Origin: the human T2T-CHM13v2.0 reference genome, Homo sapiens
DNA length: 64,000 bases
Assembly (NCBI RefSeq): GCF_009914755.1
Contig: NC_060926.1
Direction: 5' to 3' (one strand)
Shown: piece after piece, positions 52,122 to 64,000 of the stretch
Numbering within the stretch: the stretch's first letter is position 1
Layout of the letters: each line of letters begins with the position of its first letter
Translations under genes and position numbers: made by a program
The notes under the pieces: generated by a model
What the model was told of the DNA's origin: nothing
Database searches by the model: none
What the model saw: the letters and a program-made list of their open reading frames with translations, nothing else

Positions 52122-52435
52122 GTTGTTTTGTTTTGTTTTGTTTTGTTTTGTTTGAGATAGGGTCTTGCTCTGCTGCCCAGGCTGAAGTGTAGTGGCATGA
52201 TCATGGCTCATTGTAACCTCCACCTCCTGGAATCAGGCAATCCTCCCATTTCAGCCTCCTGAGTAGCTGGGACTACAGGTGTGTGTCACCATGCCCAGCT
52301 TATTTTTCTATTTTTTGTAGAAATGAGTTTTCACCATGTTACCCAGGCTGATCTCAAATTCCTGGGGTGAAGCAATCCACCTACCTGGGCCTCCCAAAGT
52401 ACTGAGATTATAGGCGTGACCCACCACACCCGGCT
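52122..52435 (-). mobile_element. AluJ with (TTTTG)n tail
   Basis: gatcatggctca and aagcaatcc AluJ diagnostics; TSD tatttcaattatg. Confidence 0.9.
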
Positions 52436-52804
52436 GATATTTCAATTATGAGTCATTTATATGCTGAGTGTTGTAAACCTATATTTCCTTCCTTCCTCTC
52501 CCTCTTTCTCTATTTCCCCAACCTTCTTTTGATAGGAGATACTATTTAAAAGACAGTTATTAACTCGGGGCATGTAGAAATATAAAAAAAACAATTTTGT
52601 AAACCACCAGAAGAAACTAGAAAAAGAATATCTATCAAAGGCCAGGAAAGTAAATAACAGTTATAAACCCTTCCCCACTCTTTTTATAAATAAAATGCTT
52701 TAAAATTGCAATATCAATTAGGGTTTTCTTATTCCACAGAATTTTACATTTTGTGATGTTTGGGACAAATGGCTCCTCAGTCCTGGGGGTCAACGATGTC
52801 ATCA

Positions 52805-53155
<351 letters not shown>

Positions 53156-53371
53156 CTTCATTATTTTAAATACTCCTTCTCCAGTCTCAAGACATTGAGT
53201 CCCAAGGATGGCCCTCTGTTTTCTGAGACAGACGGGGAGCAAAGGTGAGGGCTGGAAGGAAATACACTGAAAAGTCAAGAAAGAACTGGATTATTCCATA
53301 TGAAAAGTAGAGTGACTAGATGAGAAGGAGAGACCTGGAAGGAGGAGGTGCAGGTTGGCCAAATGCAGCGG

Positions 53372-54380
53372 CTGCCTGAGAGAAGGGAAATGAGGGTACA
53401 AAAAGGGGCATGAGGAAATCCATTCTGAAACAAAGAATGTGGACCCATCGCTGTTTAGAGAGAGCACCAGGAGAAAGATTGAAAATGTTGAAGGAGAAGT
53501 TTCTGAGGTTTCATGACACAATGTACAATGGAAACCATTTTCTGGGTCTCTCCACAAAATCCTTAGCAGAATTTCTACCTCCAAGGAGTTGTCTAGAAAA
53601 TTCAGAAGCTTGCTACAATCTGATAACAAGAAATTTCAAATTGTAAGGCATAGACAGAAATGTCTATTAATCAACTCATTAATTAAAAGAGTAAAACAAT
53701 TTGGTTCGTGTCTTAAGAAAATCAGTTCTACTTGTTCGGACTAACATGAAATTTAAAACTAAGTTTGATATTACTTATTACAGCTTATTCTCATTCAACT
53801 GTCTTCTAAAACTTGTATAACAGACCACTTTGAACTATTGTACTAAAATCTGCTTTGATGCAGAGTGATTCATGAAAATACAATCAGAAGAACCATTGAA
53901 CTGCCTAGTGAAGGGACTGCAGTTGCCTTCAGGGCCCGGACCTCAGAGTTCCCTCGATTCTGCAGCAGTCTTACTTTAGCCCAAGAAAGAAAAAAGCCTG
54001 AAGACTCTGCCAATGAGACCAGCAGTGACATGGTCAACAGGCAGCAGAACCAAAAGCTAGGATAGGCTCTATGCAGAGCTCCAATGACTCCAAATACATT
54101 CGCTCATTTGAACTTTTCAACCCATCCTCCCACGGCTGAAACCAGAAAACAAGACTAAGTTCCATTTTTCCCCAATATCCCATTGGGGAAGTTAGAAATT
54201 CTGCTAATGATTTTGTGGAGAGACCCAGAAAATGGTTTCCATTGTACATTGTGAGATGAAACCCCAGAAACTTCCTCTTCAGCATTTCCAATCTTTCTCC
54301 TAGTGCTCTCTCTGAACAGTGATTCAGAATGGATTTCCTCATGCTGCCTTTTGCACCCTCATTCCCTTCCTCTCAGGCAG
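53372..54380. repeat. Long inverted repeat: arms 53372-53577 and 54193-54380, 615-nt spacer
   Basis: Arms align at roughly 90% by eye with one 18-nt indel; the ORF track gives paralogous peptides on opposite strands (...MYNGNHFLGLSTKSLAEFL). Confidence 0.93.
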
Positions 54381-55551
54381 TCTTCCTGGATGACTCAGAA
54401 AGAGAAACTGAGTCACCAGTGAATCCACAGTGTCAGTCTGTCCTGATTTCTCCTCCAGAGTATCAAGTAGCAAACTGCCAGGGATATAAGCTCTTCTTGG
54501 GATGAATGCAAGCATCACTGGACCACTTGCCAGGAAGTCATTTCCAAACATAGTAAATTCGGATAATCGAACCTATCTATCCGCCAGTGGAAAGTAAAAC
54601 CCTTCCCAGTTAGTAGTAACTGACACCCTAGTCACTTGGTCAATTGCTCATCTTGGACAACAACTAATTGATACCCTCTCCCACATGTAAACATGTGAAT
54701 GTTAACCCTCTGCACTTGAATGTTTTTGTTTCAACTACTTCTGTAGGGGGAAAAAAGACCAACTGGCTGATTGGATAATAGAGAGCAAAAATAAATAAGA
54801 AAAATGTTACAGAAACAATTTAATTTTCCAACAGACACATTCACTGAGTTTGGGTACCAGTCATCTTTTTCCTGATGACCAGTCCCATCATCTGAAAATA
54901 CTCCCATGAGGAGCTACTTTTCTGGGTTTGGCCCTTTTTCTACAAATCTGAGTAAAACTTTCATCTTCACTAAAAGCGGGACCCTAAGTCGTTTTCAAAG
55001 CTACAGCTATTGGTATCCATTAGTTATGAGTCAATATTGATATGAGATTTTTTTACCTAAGAATCTCCCAATAGAGTTTTGTCTCTGAAACCTCAATCCT
55101 TCTTTGAACATGTTCCAGTCTGTTTTCATTTCCGCCCATCCAGAACCAATAAGGGCATGGCATTCATTTTTAGTGTGGCACCACCAAAACCAGAGAGTGG
55201 GCTGGCATCTCCTCCATCACTATCAACTTAATATCACCTCCTCCTAGGCCACCCAAAGTCAAAGGAAACCACATGAGTGTAGGTATATGCAAAGTCTATT
55301 GCCCTATAAATGGAATACATCATAATCATACAAGTTGTTCTTCTTATTCATTTACACCCCGCTCTATACCCCACGCTCTGCTGAAATCCTCACTCAGTCA
55401 ACCTTTCAATGTTACTGCAGACCTGAGCTGTTGATGTTATATGTTGATTTTTTTTTGCCACTTCCACCTACATTCCAAACACCTTGTATATATACCAATA
55501 ACCAGCATACTTGTTATTTTTTATATCACAAACATTTCAGTCTTGCTATTA

Positions 55552-55683
55552 CAGAGGACCACATAACTCAATGTCTAAACTGCTACATGTCGAGAGTGAA
55601 AGACAATGCTATTAATAATTATTCAAGGACTTGAGGCAAGAACTGAGACTATGCTGGGCAAACCAGGATGTGTGGTCATGCTG
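55552..55683 (+). mobile_element. MER94 (hAT-Blackjack MITE)
   Basis: gagagtgaaag ... gctattaataatt ... gggcaaaccaggatgtgtggtca. Confidence 0.75.
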
Positions 55684-58389
55684 ACTACAAGCCTCCTCTT
55701 ATGGAAACTCTATTTCAATGCATGTGTTATTTTACAATAAATAGATAAAAGCTGATTAATCCTGGGGCTTAGTCTTTTTCTTATTACTTAGCATTCATTA
55801 TGCGGGTGTTTCTGGAGAAGAGAAAACTCTTCTCTGGTCATTTTCAATGTTTTTATCTCTGGTCAATTTTTTTTTTCTATTTGAACTGGCTCCTGCCTAA
55901 ATTGCACTACTTTCTATTTCTCTTTGCCAATATTTCTTTATTTGTATCTTTAATTTTTTTTTTTTACTAATGTAGAAATGTTATACCATAGTATTTGGAA
56001 TCATGTCATTTCCATTGGGATGGTATCTTTTATTTTTAAAAATCTAAAGTTGCTATTTTGAAATCTAATTGCATGACCTCGAATATGCTCATTGCTCATT
56101 CGTTATAACGAAAGCGTCCTTCAACCAAGGCTTCTGGGTTAGGACACGCCTACTTGGAAACACTATGCTCCGGCCAAAAGTGTGTAAGGGAGAAAAGAGA
56201 GAAAAAGGCTGTCAAGTATCACAGGAGAAGGTGAAGGAGCAGGTGCACCCTTCTACTGGATTTTAGAAGCCTTGCCTGGGTTTTAGACATGTTAAATGAT
56301 AAAGGAAATTTATGTTCCACAAAGATCACTTTTTTAAAAAAAGAAAACAGTTTGATGAAGAACAGAAAATGATGAGGAGAGTTCCACTGAGAAATTCAAA
56401 TAAAGTTTAGATTTGGGAAAGAGGAATGCATTTATCCAAAAAAAATAGACTGATTTAAAAATTTCATCCACAAGGCTCATCAAATGAAATAAAACTAGGA
56501 TTTCACAATCTTGCATCTCCCTGCTCCCCTGCCAAAAAAAGCTACAAAGGATAACACATTTTATGTCATGTAAGCAAAAACAAATAGCCTCTCCCTAGGC
56601 CAAAAAAAAAAAGTTGCTTTAAAATAACTATGCTAGTTTGCTAGTTTACATTCGAACTAAAGCTTCCATCAAGGTAGGTAGGTTTGTTTTTTAATTCCTC
56701 TCAAAATAAACATGTGGCAGGGAAAGTGGTATTTTAAGCCAGAAAAAAAAAATATGTTTTAAACCAGAAAAAAAATATGTTAGCAAAGTTGTTTAATAAT
56801 ATTGGAAGCCTTACTCAAAAACAGGACTCAAAATTAAATCAGTAATACAATTGTACCCATAGTAAAAATGATTTACACACACTCACACATACACAGCTTA
56901 GTCAACTCTCTTCAAGAGACTAGAAATAAATAAACCAAAACATTCATTATGGTTGTTCCTTTCTTGACGGTGGGATCATAAATAACTTTTTCTTGGATTT
57001 TTTCATAGTTTTTCCGAACTTTTCACAGTAATATATGCCATGAGCATATATTACTTTTAAGATTTTTTTATTACAAAAAGAAACAAATAGGAGAGAAAAA
57101 CAATAGCAGTCAAAAGACTAATAGCTCCTGAAAGCTTTTTAAACAAAAAGTGTGAGTAACAGTGTTGTCTGTTTGCTCCACTCCACTGCCATCCCTTGAA
57201 CTGAAAATCTTTGATATTATGGGAATCCCATACACAGTAACGTCAGGACATTCCCATATTAACTTGGCAAACTCAATCAGATCCACAAAGACAGGATAGG
57301 TGGCTTTGGCTGAACACTTTCTAACAGTGCTGGGTAGATGGAGGTGTGCTGTCACAGCCTCAACACAGACAGACACAAACCATATACTCCTTGCCTGCGA
57401 ACTACCCAGCTTGTTCCAATGGCTTACATTCTTTGGCCGTGTGTGATGTGGTCACAGTCACATGCCCTAGTGGGTCCCATGCGTCCTCATGGGTGGAGAG
57501 CAATGTCTGAAGCACACTCACACCAGCTGTGGGGAGCGTGCACTCTTCTCAAAGACTCACACGAAGGCTTCACACTAAAGAGGAACATGCTGTCAGAACA
57601 GCCACCACCATTCCCTGAGTGTTCTGTGCCTCTAGAAGGATGCAGACTCCGCTTGAATTGGCAGTCTCTCCAAGTCGTGAGGAATATCCATCCAGCCATG
57701 TGCCACGTGCTGAATTCATTTTTGTCCATGGAACAGCTGAGCCTCTTCAAGTTCCAGGAAGCAGTTAGTGGAGGGTTTCTCCCTCCAGCCCCTGCCCCCA
57801 CTTCTATTTTAATGATAGGCATGGACAGAAGGAAGGCAAATTGACAAAGCCACCCCTTTGTCAAGGGAGAGAATAGCCACAATAACGTCCCTTTGCAAAC
57901 TGCCTTGGTCTCCTGGCGTTAATGAATCTCATTAGGATGTGCAGGTGTGTGACCTCTGACTCCCAAGATTTTGATGAGTAGAACTCTTAGGGAGGCTATT
58001 TCATTTAGTGAAAGTGGATGCCCTAATCATTAATGTTATCCTGCCTTTTTGTTAGAATCAGAGTTCAGGAAAAGCAGCAAATCTAATGGGTGTTGTCTCT
58101 CATTATGCTGGCTTGGCTCGGCCTGGGTCAAGCGTCTGCACCCCACCACTCCCAAAGCAAGAGCTGTATAGATCAGTTCTCTCAAAATGATTTGTTCTAT
58201 TAGCTAAAATTGAAACAATCAAGCTGAATGGGGTGGGGCAAATTATAATAGCCATATTTCTGAGATAAAACTATAAGATCACTAGGTCAAAATTGCCTGC
58301 AAGAGAGAGGGAACGTGAAAATCCAGTTCTGGCAAACATTCCTGGCACCCGTTTCTAGCTGCACCACTAGTTTTAGAGAGGAGCACAGA

Positions 58390-58524
58390 TGCCAGGCGTG
58401 GTGGTTCACACCTGTAATCCAAGCACTTTGGGGGACTGAGGTGGGAGGATCGATTGAGGCCAAGAGTTCAAAACCAGTCTGGGCAACAAAGTGAGATCCT
58501 CTCTCAAAAAAAAAAAAAAAAAAA
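58390..58524 (+). mobile_element. FLAM_C / Alu left monomer
   Basis: Left monomer (ggaggatcgattgaggcc) followed by a poly-A tail. Confidence 0.87.
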
Positions 58525-58744
58525 TTCAACACAACGATTCTATACAACACACATTCTCTGTCCTTCTCATTTAGTGCTTGTCATTTACTCTCTTGACTTG
58601 CTAACCACCCTTCCTGAGTGTGTGTCCTTCCCATGAGAATAAGATCTAGCTTTTCTATCTGTGCTTCTGTATGCACCAAAATTACATGTGCATTGATCTT
58701 CTACATTAAATCTAAATGTGGATGAACACAAAGAACAAAATAAT

Positions 58745-58935
58745 AAGTAGCACGGCTTCAGGGAAAGAGCACAGGCTTTGGAATCTGAAGACATGCAACA
58801 ACTCACTGTATTTGCTACTCTGTGTGAAATTCAGATTCCTCATCTTTAAAATGGGATAATCATCCATATCTTGCAGGATTGTCGAGATTATTAGAGGTCA
58901 CGAGTGTGTCACATGAAATGGTAGCTGTGACTATT
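58745..58935 (+). mobile_element. MIR
   Basis: gagcacaggctttggaatc ... tcctcatctttaaaatgggataat. Confidence 0.72.
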
Positions 58936-60860
58936 ACACTATTTTCCTCACTAGAAATAAAGCTTCTTTTCCTCAGGTAAAACTTTGCATCACGTATACA
59001 GCACAACTGTTTTTTTAATTTTTTTAAGTTTCTTGTTTATTATATAATAATTATTAAAACATTAAATAAAGACTTCATAAAATCCCTCTTCATCAGGATG
59101 CTGTGGGATGTGGTTACAGAAAGAAGTCTCCACCCTCTCGGAAGTTAGACTCTAATTGCAGAACCCAGACTAGCACATTACAGAAGCCCAAAAGCCAACG
59201 GTACCAACCTCTGCACCTTGCCCGATAACTGCTGGTCTCTTGAGTCGAATAAAGATAAGGACGGGAGGGTGTGGTGAGTGGTGGCAACTAGGAGAATGTG
59301 GGGTTTATTCTGTGGACTCCATCATCCAGGGCCCTAGATGACCTGGGTTTGTGAGCTGTGTGGGTGGACCAAGTCCGTAAATGAAGGAGAGAATGAAGGC
59401 AGGTGCTCAGTGGGCCCCAAGGGGCACGCAGGTGGTCCTTGAACAGCAATAGCAGGAGTATCGTTTTCAAGAAAGAAGGGTTTTAGATTTTGTAATGGGT
59501 ATTTTGCCTGTTTGTCTGTTTGTTTGTTTATTTTTCCTGGGGCTAGTGGTGGGGATTATTTTACTTATTTCAGCCCCAAGAACCACACGGGGGACTCTTC
59601 CCGGTCAGCTCAGCTTGTTCAAAAAACTGTCTCCCAGGAAGGAAGTTGCCCATGAGCCTATTCCATGTCCCTCCTCCTGGCACGGAATGCTGGCAGCAAC
59701 CATGACGAGGCCCTGAGCTGGTGTTGTGAACTCTAGGGATGAGTAATGGTGCCATCAAGGTGGGATTGCCCTGGCACTGTGCCTTGCCCAGCACAGGACC
59801 AGGAGGCCGGAAACCCGGTTCTGGTTCCAGCCCTGCCATCCACCACCATACCCAAGCTCCAGAACTGCCCTGGACCGGGCCATTTCTAACCCTCACAGAA
59901 GGCCCACACCACTCTTTGGAACATATGTGACGTGATGCCCACACACTTGGGTCTGAAATAAGGGAAGAAACGGCAACCACAGCTCTGATGTCTGCCTTCT
60001 CCCGTTAGCCTCTGGGGGAATCCCGACATCTCAGAGCAGGAAGGTCCTTTAGAGGCTCTGCAGATGAGGAGCTGCACCCGCTGGCCGGCCGCTCTGTGCC
60101 CAGTGGACAGGACAGTGGGCAGAGGAGGCGCCGTGCCAGGAGGCACAGCCGCTCCAGCAGGCTCCCGTGAAGTCATCGATGTTATATTTAACCTCATCAC
60201 AGTTGGGCCAGCAGCCGGTGCACCAGACATAACTGGCTCCAGGACGTTCCCCACATAACTGAGCACAGTTCACAGGCTGGTTTAGGTCACCGTCTGGAGG
60301 CGCCAGAAAGAAGGCATCCTGGCACTGCAGAAACAGACAGCAGCCCATCCGTGTAGGAATAGATCCATTTAGGGAGCTGTGGCCGGGCACTGTACACCCA
60401 AGAATTCCATGAAGTAAAAAAAACTAAGGCTACAAAAAGAAGTTTCTCACAGTCTTCTTGTTAATAAGCAAAAGAACCCAAATGTGCACTCGGTTCTGTC
60501 ACACTAATGCCAAGGGGCGATTTGCTTTGCTGTGTTTCATTCATTCACCCCAACTGTTTCATGGGCTGCTGTTGCCCTTAAATCCATTTTGGGATTCAGT
60601 ACCCATAAGCTGCCAGAATTACAGTTCCTTCAAGGTGCTGTTTATACCCAGTCTACCTAAACAGGTTCTGTTCAGCTGAGCTTGTTTGGCCCGTGTGCCC
60701 TGACTATCTAATTGGCATTTGCCACATCAGAAGTGTGGGAAGTGCTCAGTGGAGGTGAGTGCAGAGCAGTGGCATTTATTTATCCCAACTTGGAGGTGCA
60801 GAGAAGAGCTCCTGGCTACAGAGGATGGACCAGGCTTTGGGATTAAGATTGAAACAGAGA

Positions 60861-61186
60861 GCAGGCATGGTGGCTTACGCTTTGGGAGGCCAAGGTGGGA
60901 GGATCGCTCAAGGCCAGGAGTTTGAGACCAGCCTGGGCAACATAAAAAGACCCTGTCTGTACCCCCCCCCCAAGAAAAGTTGCCAAGTTTACTGCTACAC
61001 ACCTGAGGTTGCAGCTACTCTAGAGGCTGAGACAGGAGGATTCCTTAAGCCCATGGAAGTCAAGGCTGCAATGAGCTATGATCATGTCACTGCACTCCAG
61101 CCTGGAAGAGAGCAAGACCCTGTCTCTAAAAACAAAATAAAACTAAAATTAAAAAAAAAACAAAAACAAAAAAAACAAACAAAAAA
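60861..61186 (+). mobile_element. AluJ (degenerate)
   Basis: gtcaaggctgcaatgagctatgatc; TSD attgaaacaga. Confidence 0.87.
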
Positions 61187-62427
61187 AATTGAAACAGAAT
61201 GAGCAGGAGAGAGGGACTTTGGGCAGAGAGGACAGCATGACTGGAGGGGGCTGGAGGGGCGAAGGGCCTGTAGTACTGCCATGCTGCTCAACCTCTTTGC
61301 AGTTCAACAGGAGAGCCCAGGCCCCAAGCCCTTCACCCCATGAACCAACCCAAGAAGAGCAAGCAAGTCAGGGCCCCATGGGGTCCCTTGCCCTCTGTGC
61401 ACAGCCCACACTGTGCCCCTCCTGGACTCTCACCTTCTGGTCTCTCCTCCATTGCTGTTCAGATTCTGCTATTCATCAAAGACCAATTCCTGCGCTGCCT
61501 CTTCCCTGAGAAGCTCCCAGCTTCCCAGCAGTTGGAATCCATTTCCCACTGCGCTATGCGGGCCCTTTTAGCTCCCTGAGGGAAAAGGCACCTGGCTCAG
61601 CACTGTGGCTCCAGAAGCACCTTCCCACCTGGTCCCTGAGGCACAACAGATAATGCAGGAAAGTCCGCAGGAGTACCTGAACTAAACTCCAGGGCCGATG
61701 GAAGCAGCCAGTGACCGATGTGCAGGAAGGACAGGTTAGAATGTTTCACTGAGACATGAGGATTTGGCCTCATAGGAGAGGAGAGTGTGTCTAACAAAGC
61801 CTAGTGCCAAGTGGGAGGCAATATGGGGCAATGTGAGTGGCAATGTCCTTGGGAGTAGGACAGACCTGAGTGACTGCATCGTCCACCCCTATCTAGCTAC
61901 AGAGGATTCTGGGAGGGCTAAATGGATAGTGTGTAAGAAAGGCATTCAGTACATTCTAAAGCACTCTGTAAATGTGAGCTAAAAGCCTGACAAACGTGAG
62001 CTGTAGAATCACTATTTCTCCTTTCCGTGTGGCTTCAGGTCATTGAGGTCTGAAGCTACAGATGGTTTTCTGAATCTGCACTCAGAGTTGGCTCATTAGA
62101 GGCCAAACAATGACTTAAGGGCTGGCCCTTCATGGGGGCAGTGGAAGGAGCTGGCCCTGGCAGGTAGTGCCCAGGGCTGCCTGGAGCCTCGTCCACGCGC
62201 CCTGTGCCTCCATCTCCCCGTCTCTCGTGAAGGCCTGGCCTGAGAGTTCACGGACCATCTCCAGATTACCAATCCCCTGTTCTACAACCTCCAGGATGAG
62301 AATCCCAGGGTCTCAGGGCTGCCACAAATACACAGGCCAGTGACACTGATGGCTTCTTTCTTTTCTCACTGCTCCTCTAGTTTCACAAGTTCTGTCCAAC
62401 TGTCCCAAGAACAATGATTACCGACCA

Positions 62428-62801
62428 TGTTTGTTTGTCCTGGCTGCCATAACAAAATACCACAAATGGGTGGCTTCAACAATAGAAATTTATTTTGCCA
62501 CCATTCTGAAGGCTGGAAGTCCCTGATCAGGTTTGGTTTCTGGTGAGGTCTGACACCTTGTCTTATAGACAGCCACCTTCTCCCTGTGGCCCCACATGGC
62601 CTTTCCCCTGTGCATGCATGGAAAGAGAACCCCGGCGTCTCTTCTTCTTATGAGAACACCAGTCCTGGAGGATGAAGGTCCTACCCCTAACTCTTCATTT
62701 AACCTTTATTACCTCCTACAGGCCCTATCTCCAAACACAGCCATGTTGGGGGCTGGGACTTCAATGTATAAATTGCAAGGGACGCATCTAGGTCCACAGT
62801 A
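62428..62801 (-). mobile_element. MLT1A-like MaLR LTR
   Basis: ggctgccataacaaaataccac ... ggctggaagtcc ... ggccctatctccaaacacag. Confidence 0.82.
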
Positions 62802-63889
62802 GTGACCAGACGCCAGCTCTCGTTTCCTCCATGCACAGCCATCAAAGCACACCAACGAGTCCTTCTTTCCTACCCTAGTGCACAATTCCACGTAGCAATG
62901 ACCGTGGCTAGGCCCCTTTCTACAAATGCTGCAAAAGAAATCCAGGTGCGCTTCAGCAGTCTTTTCAGAAGACAGGAGTTGTGAGCTCAGGCTCCCTGCA
63001 CAGGGTTTAAATAAAAAAGTACTAAATCAAGATGGGTGTTATCAAACAAACTCCATGTTCTCACCAGGAAACCTCCCTGGTGGGGAATTGAATAGAGGAA
63101 ACTGCTTGTGTTCAAGCTGAGCCTCTGAATCACAGGGCCGTTATCACACCCACTAAAATCCCTATTGTGCTTTGGACAAGAATCGGGGACATGCACAGCA
63201 GGGGCCTGGAAGGATTCCACTGGGATACTTTACCAGGCCCCAAGGGCCTCCCTGTCCGCCTCCCTTTGAAACACTATTAGGAGACTGGGGCATTTCCAAA
63301 TGTGACCGACCCATGTTTTCAATCATGTTAATCACATTAAATCCACAAACACAAACTCCACCTCCCTCTGTGTGCCAGGCTCTGAGCTAGACTCTGGGGA
63401 GCCCTCGAAAAGCCCTGAAGGCTTCTTGGAGGGAGAAGAAACTCACCAGAGCTGAGACTTTTTAAAGCATCAAACCACATGAGCGTTGTGTCAAAGGGGA
63501 CTTCCAACTAAGAAAAGCTGATATGAAGGGAAGACCAGAGGGAGGGACCAGCAGGGACGGCACCAGAAGGATGATGGAGCTGAACCCACAATGAGGGAAA
63601 CTGCACAGCGAGAGGGAAGAAAATGCCCCAAAACAGACCTGGCAGCCACATCCTCAGCAGGCTGGAAGAGACAGAACTGTGAAAAGTGTGTTCGTCCCAC
63701 TGGTGGCAATTTGACCTCCTTCACGTGTTGCCAGCACCTTGGAGCCTGAGGAGCTGAGAAAATTGCCCATTTTCTGATCTCAACGCACACGTAAGGTTTG
63801 GTAGGTACTGCGGCAGCCTGGGTGGGGGTGGGAAACACAGCCGGCGCAGGCGCAGTGAGCATCCGCCCTGGGACCTGGCACCCGCCACG

Positions 63890-64000
63890 TTCCGTTCTCT
63901 GGGCCTCAGTTTCTTCACTTGTGAGATGGGGAATGATACCAGCAGTCCCTCCTACTTGCTGGGGTCCTTGCAAGAATCAGATGAGAAAATGGATGTAACA
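63890..64000 (+). mobile_element. MIR fragment
   Basis: ctctgggcctcagtttcttcacttgtgagatgggg. Confidence 0.65.

Noticed and set aside
53410-54342. Two paralogous peptides on opposite strands as a duplicated small gene
   Set aside because: They start at non-ATG codons or rely on the DNA inverted repeat alone; no domain or coding signature is recognisable
56735-56782. Short tandem duplication of ccagaaaaaaaaaatatgtt
   Set aside because: Ordinary slippage-scale duplication

Overview
This is repeat-rich primate (most likely human or great-ape) genomic DNA that looks intronic or intergenic. I could not recognise any host protein-coding exon, RNA gene or gene symbol. Nearly all of the ORF track is noise from Alu, L1 and microsatellite sequence. 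The only real protein-coding homology is the disabled ORF2 of a 5'-truncated L1PA3/4-like LINE-1 (about 20.3-24.7 kb), which is nested in a ~12-kb stack of older + strand L1s. Also present are about 16 Alu/FLAM elements, a second long L1MC-type element (47.1-51.3 kb), MaLR solo LTRs (THE1/MST, MLT1), DNA transposon relics (MADE1, MER2, MER1A, MER58A, MER94, MER5A), MIR/L2 fragments and simple repeats. All repeat subfamily calls were made by eye from remembered consensus sequences. The structures these features do not explain are mostly DNA-repair or recombination scars: a 167-bp near-perfect local copy (2 mismatches) pasted 2.94 kb downstream with stuttered and fold-back junctions; iterative or fold-back insertions at 28.7 kb and 44.5 kb; a ~190-bp inverted duplication at 53.4-54.4 kb beside an inverted Alu pair; an out-of-order L1 RT fragment; and three solo chimeric Alu monomers. 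I see no evidence of a new gene system.
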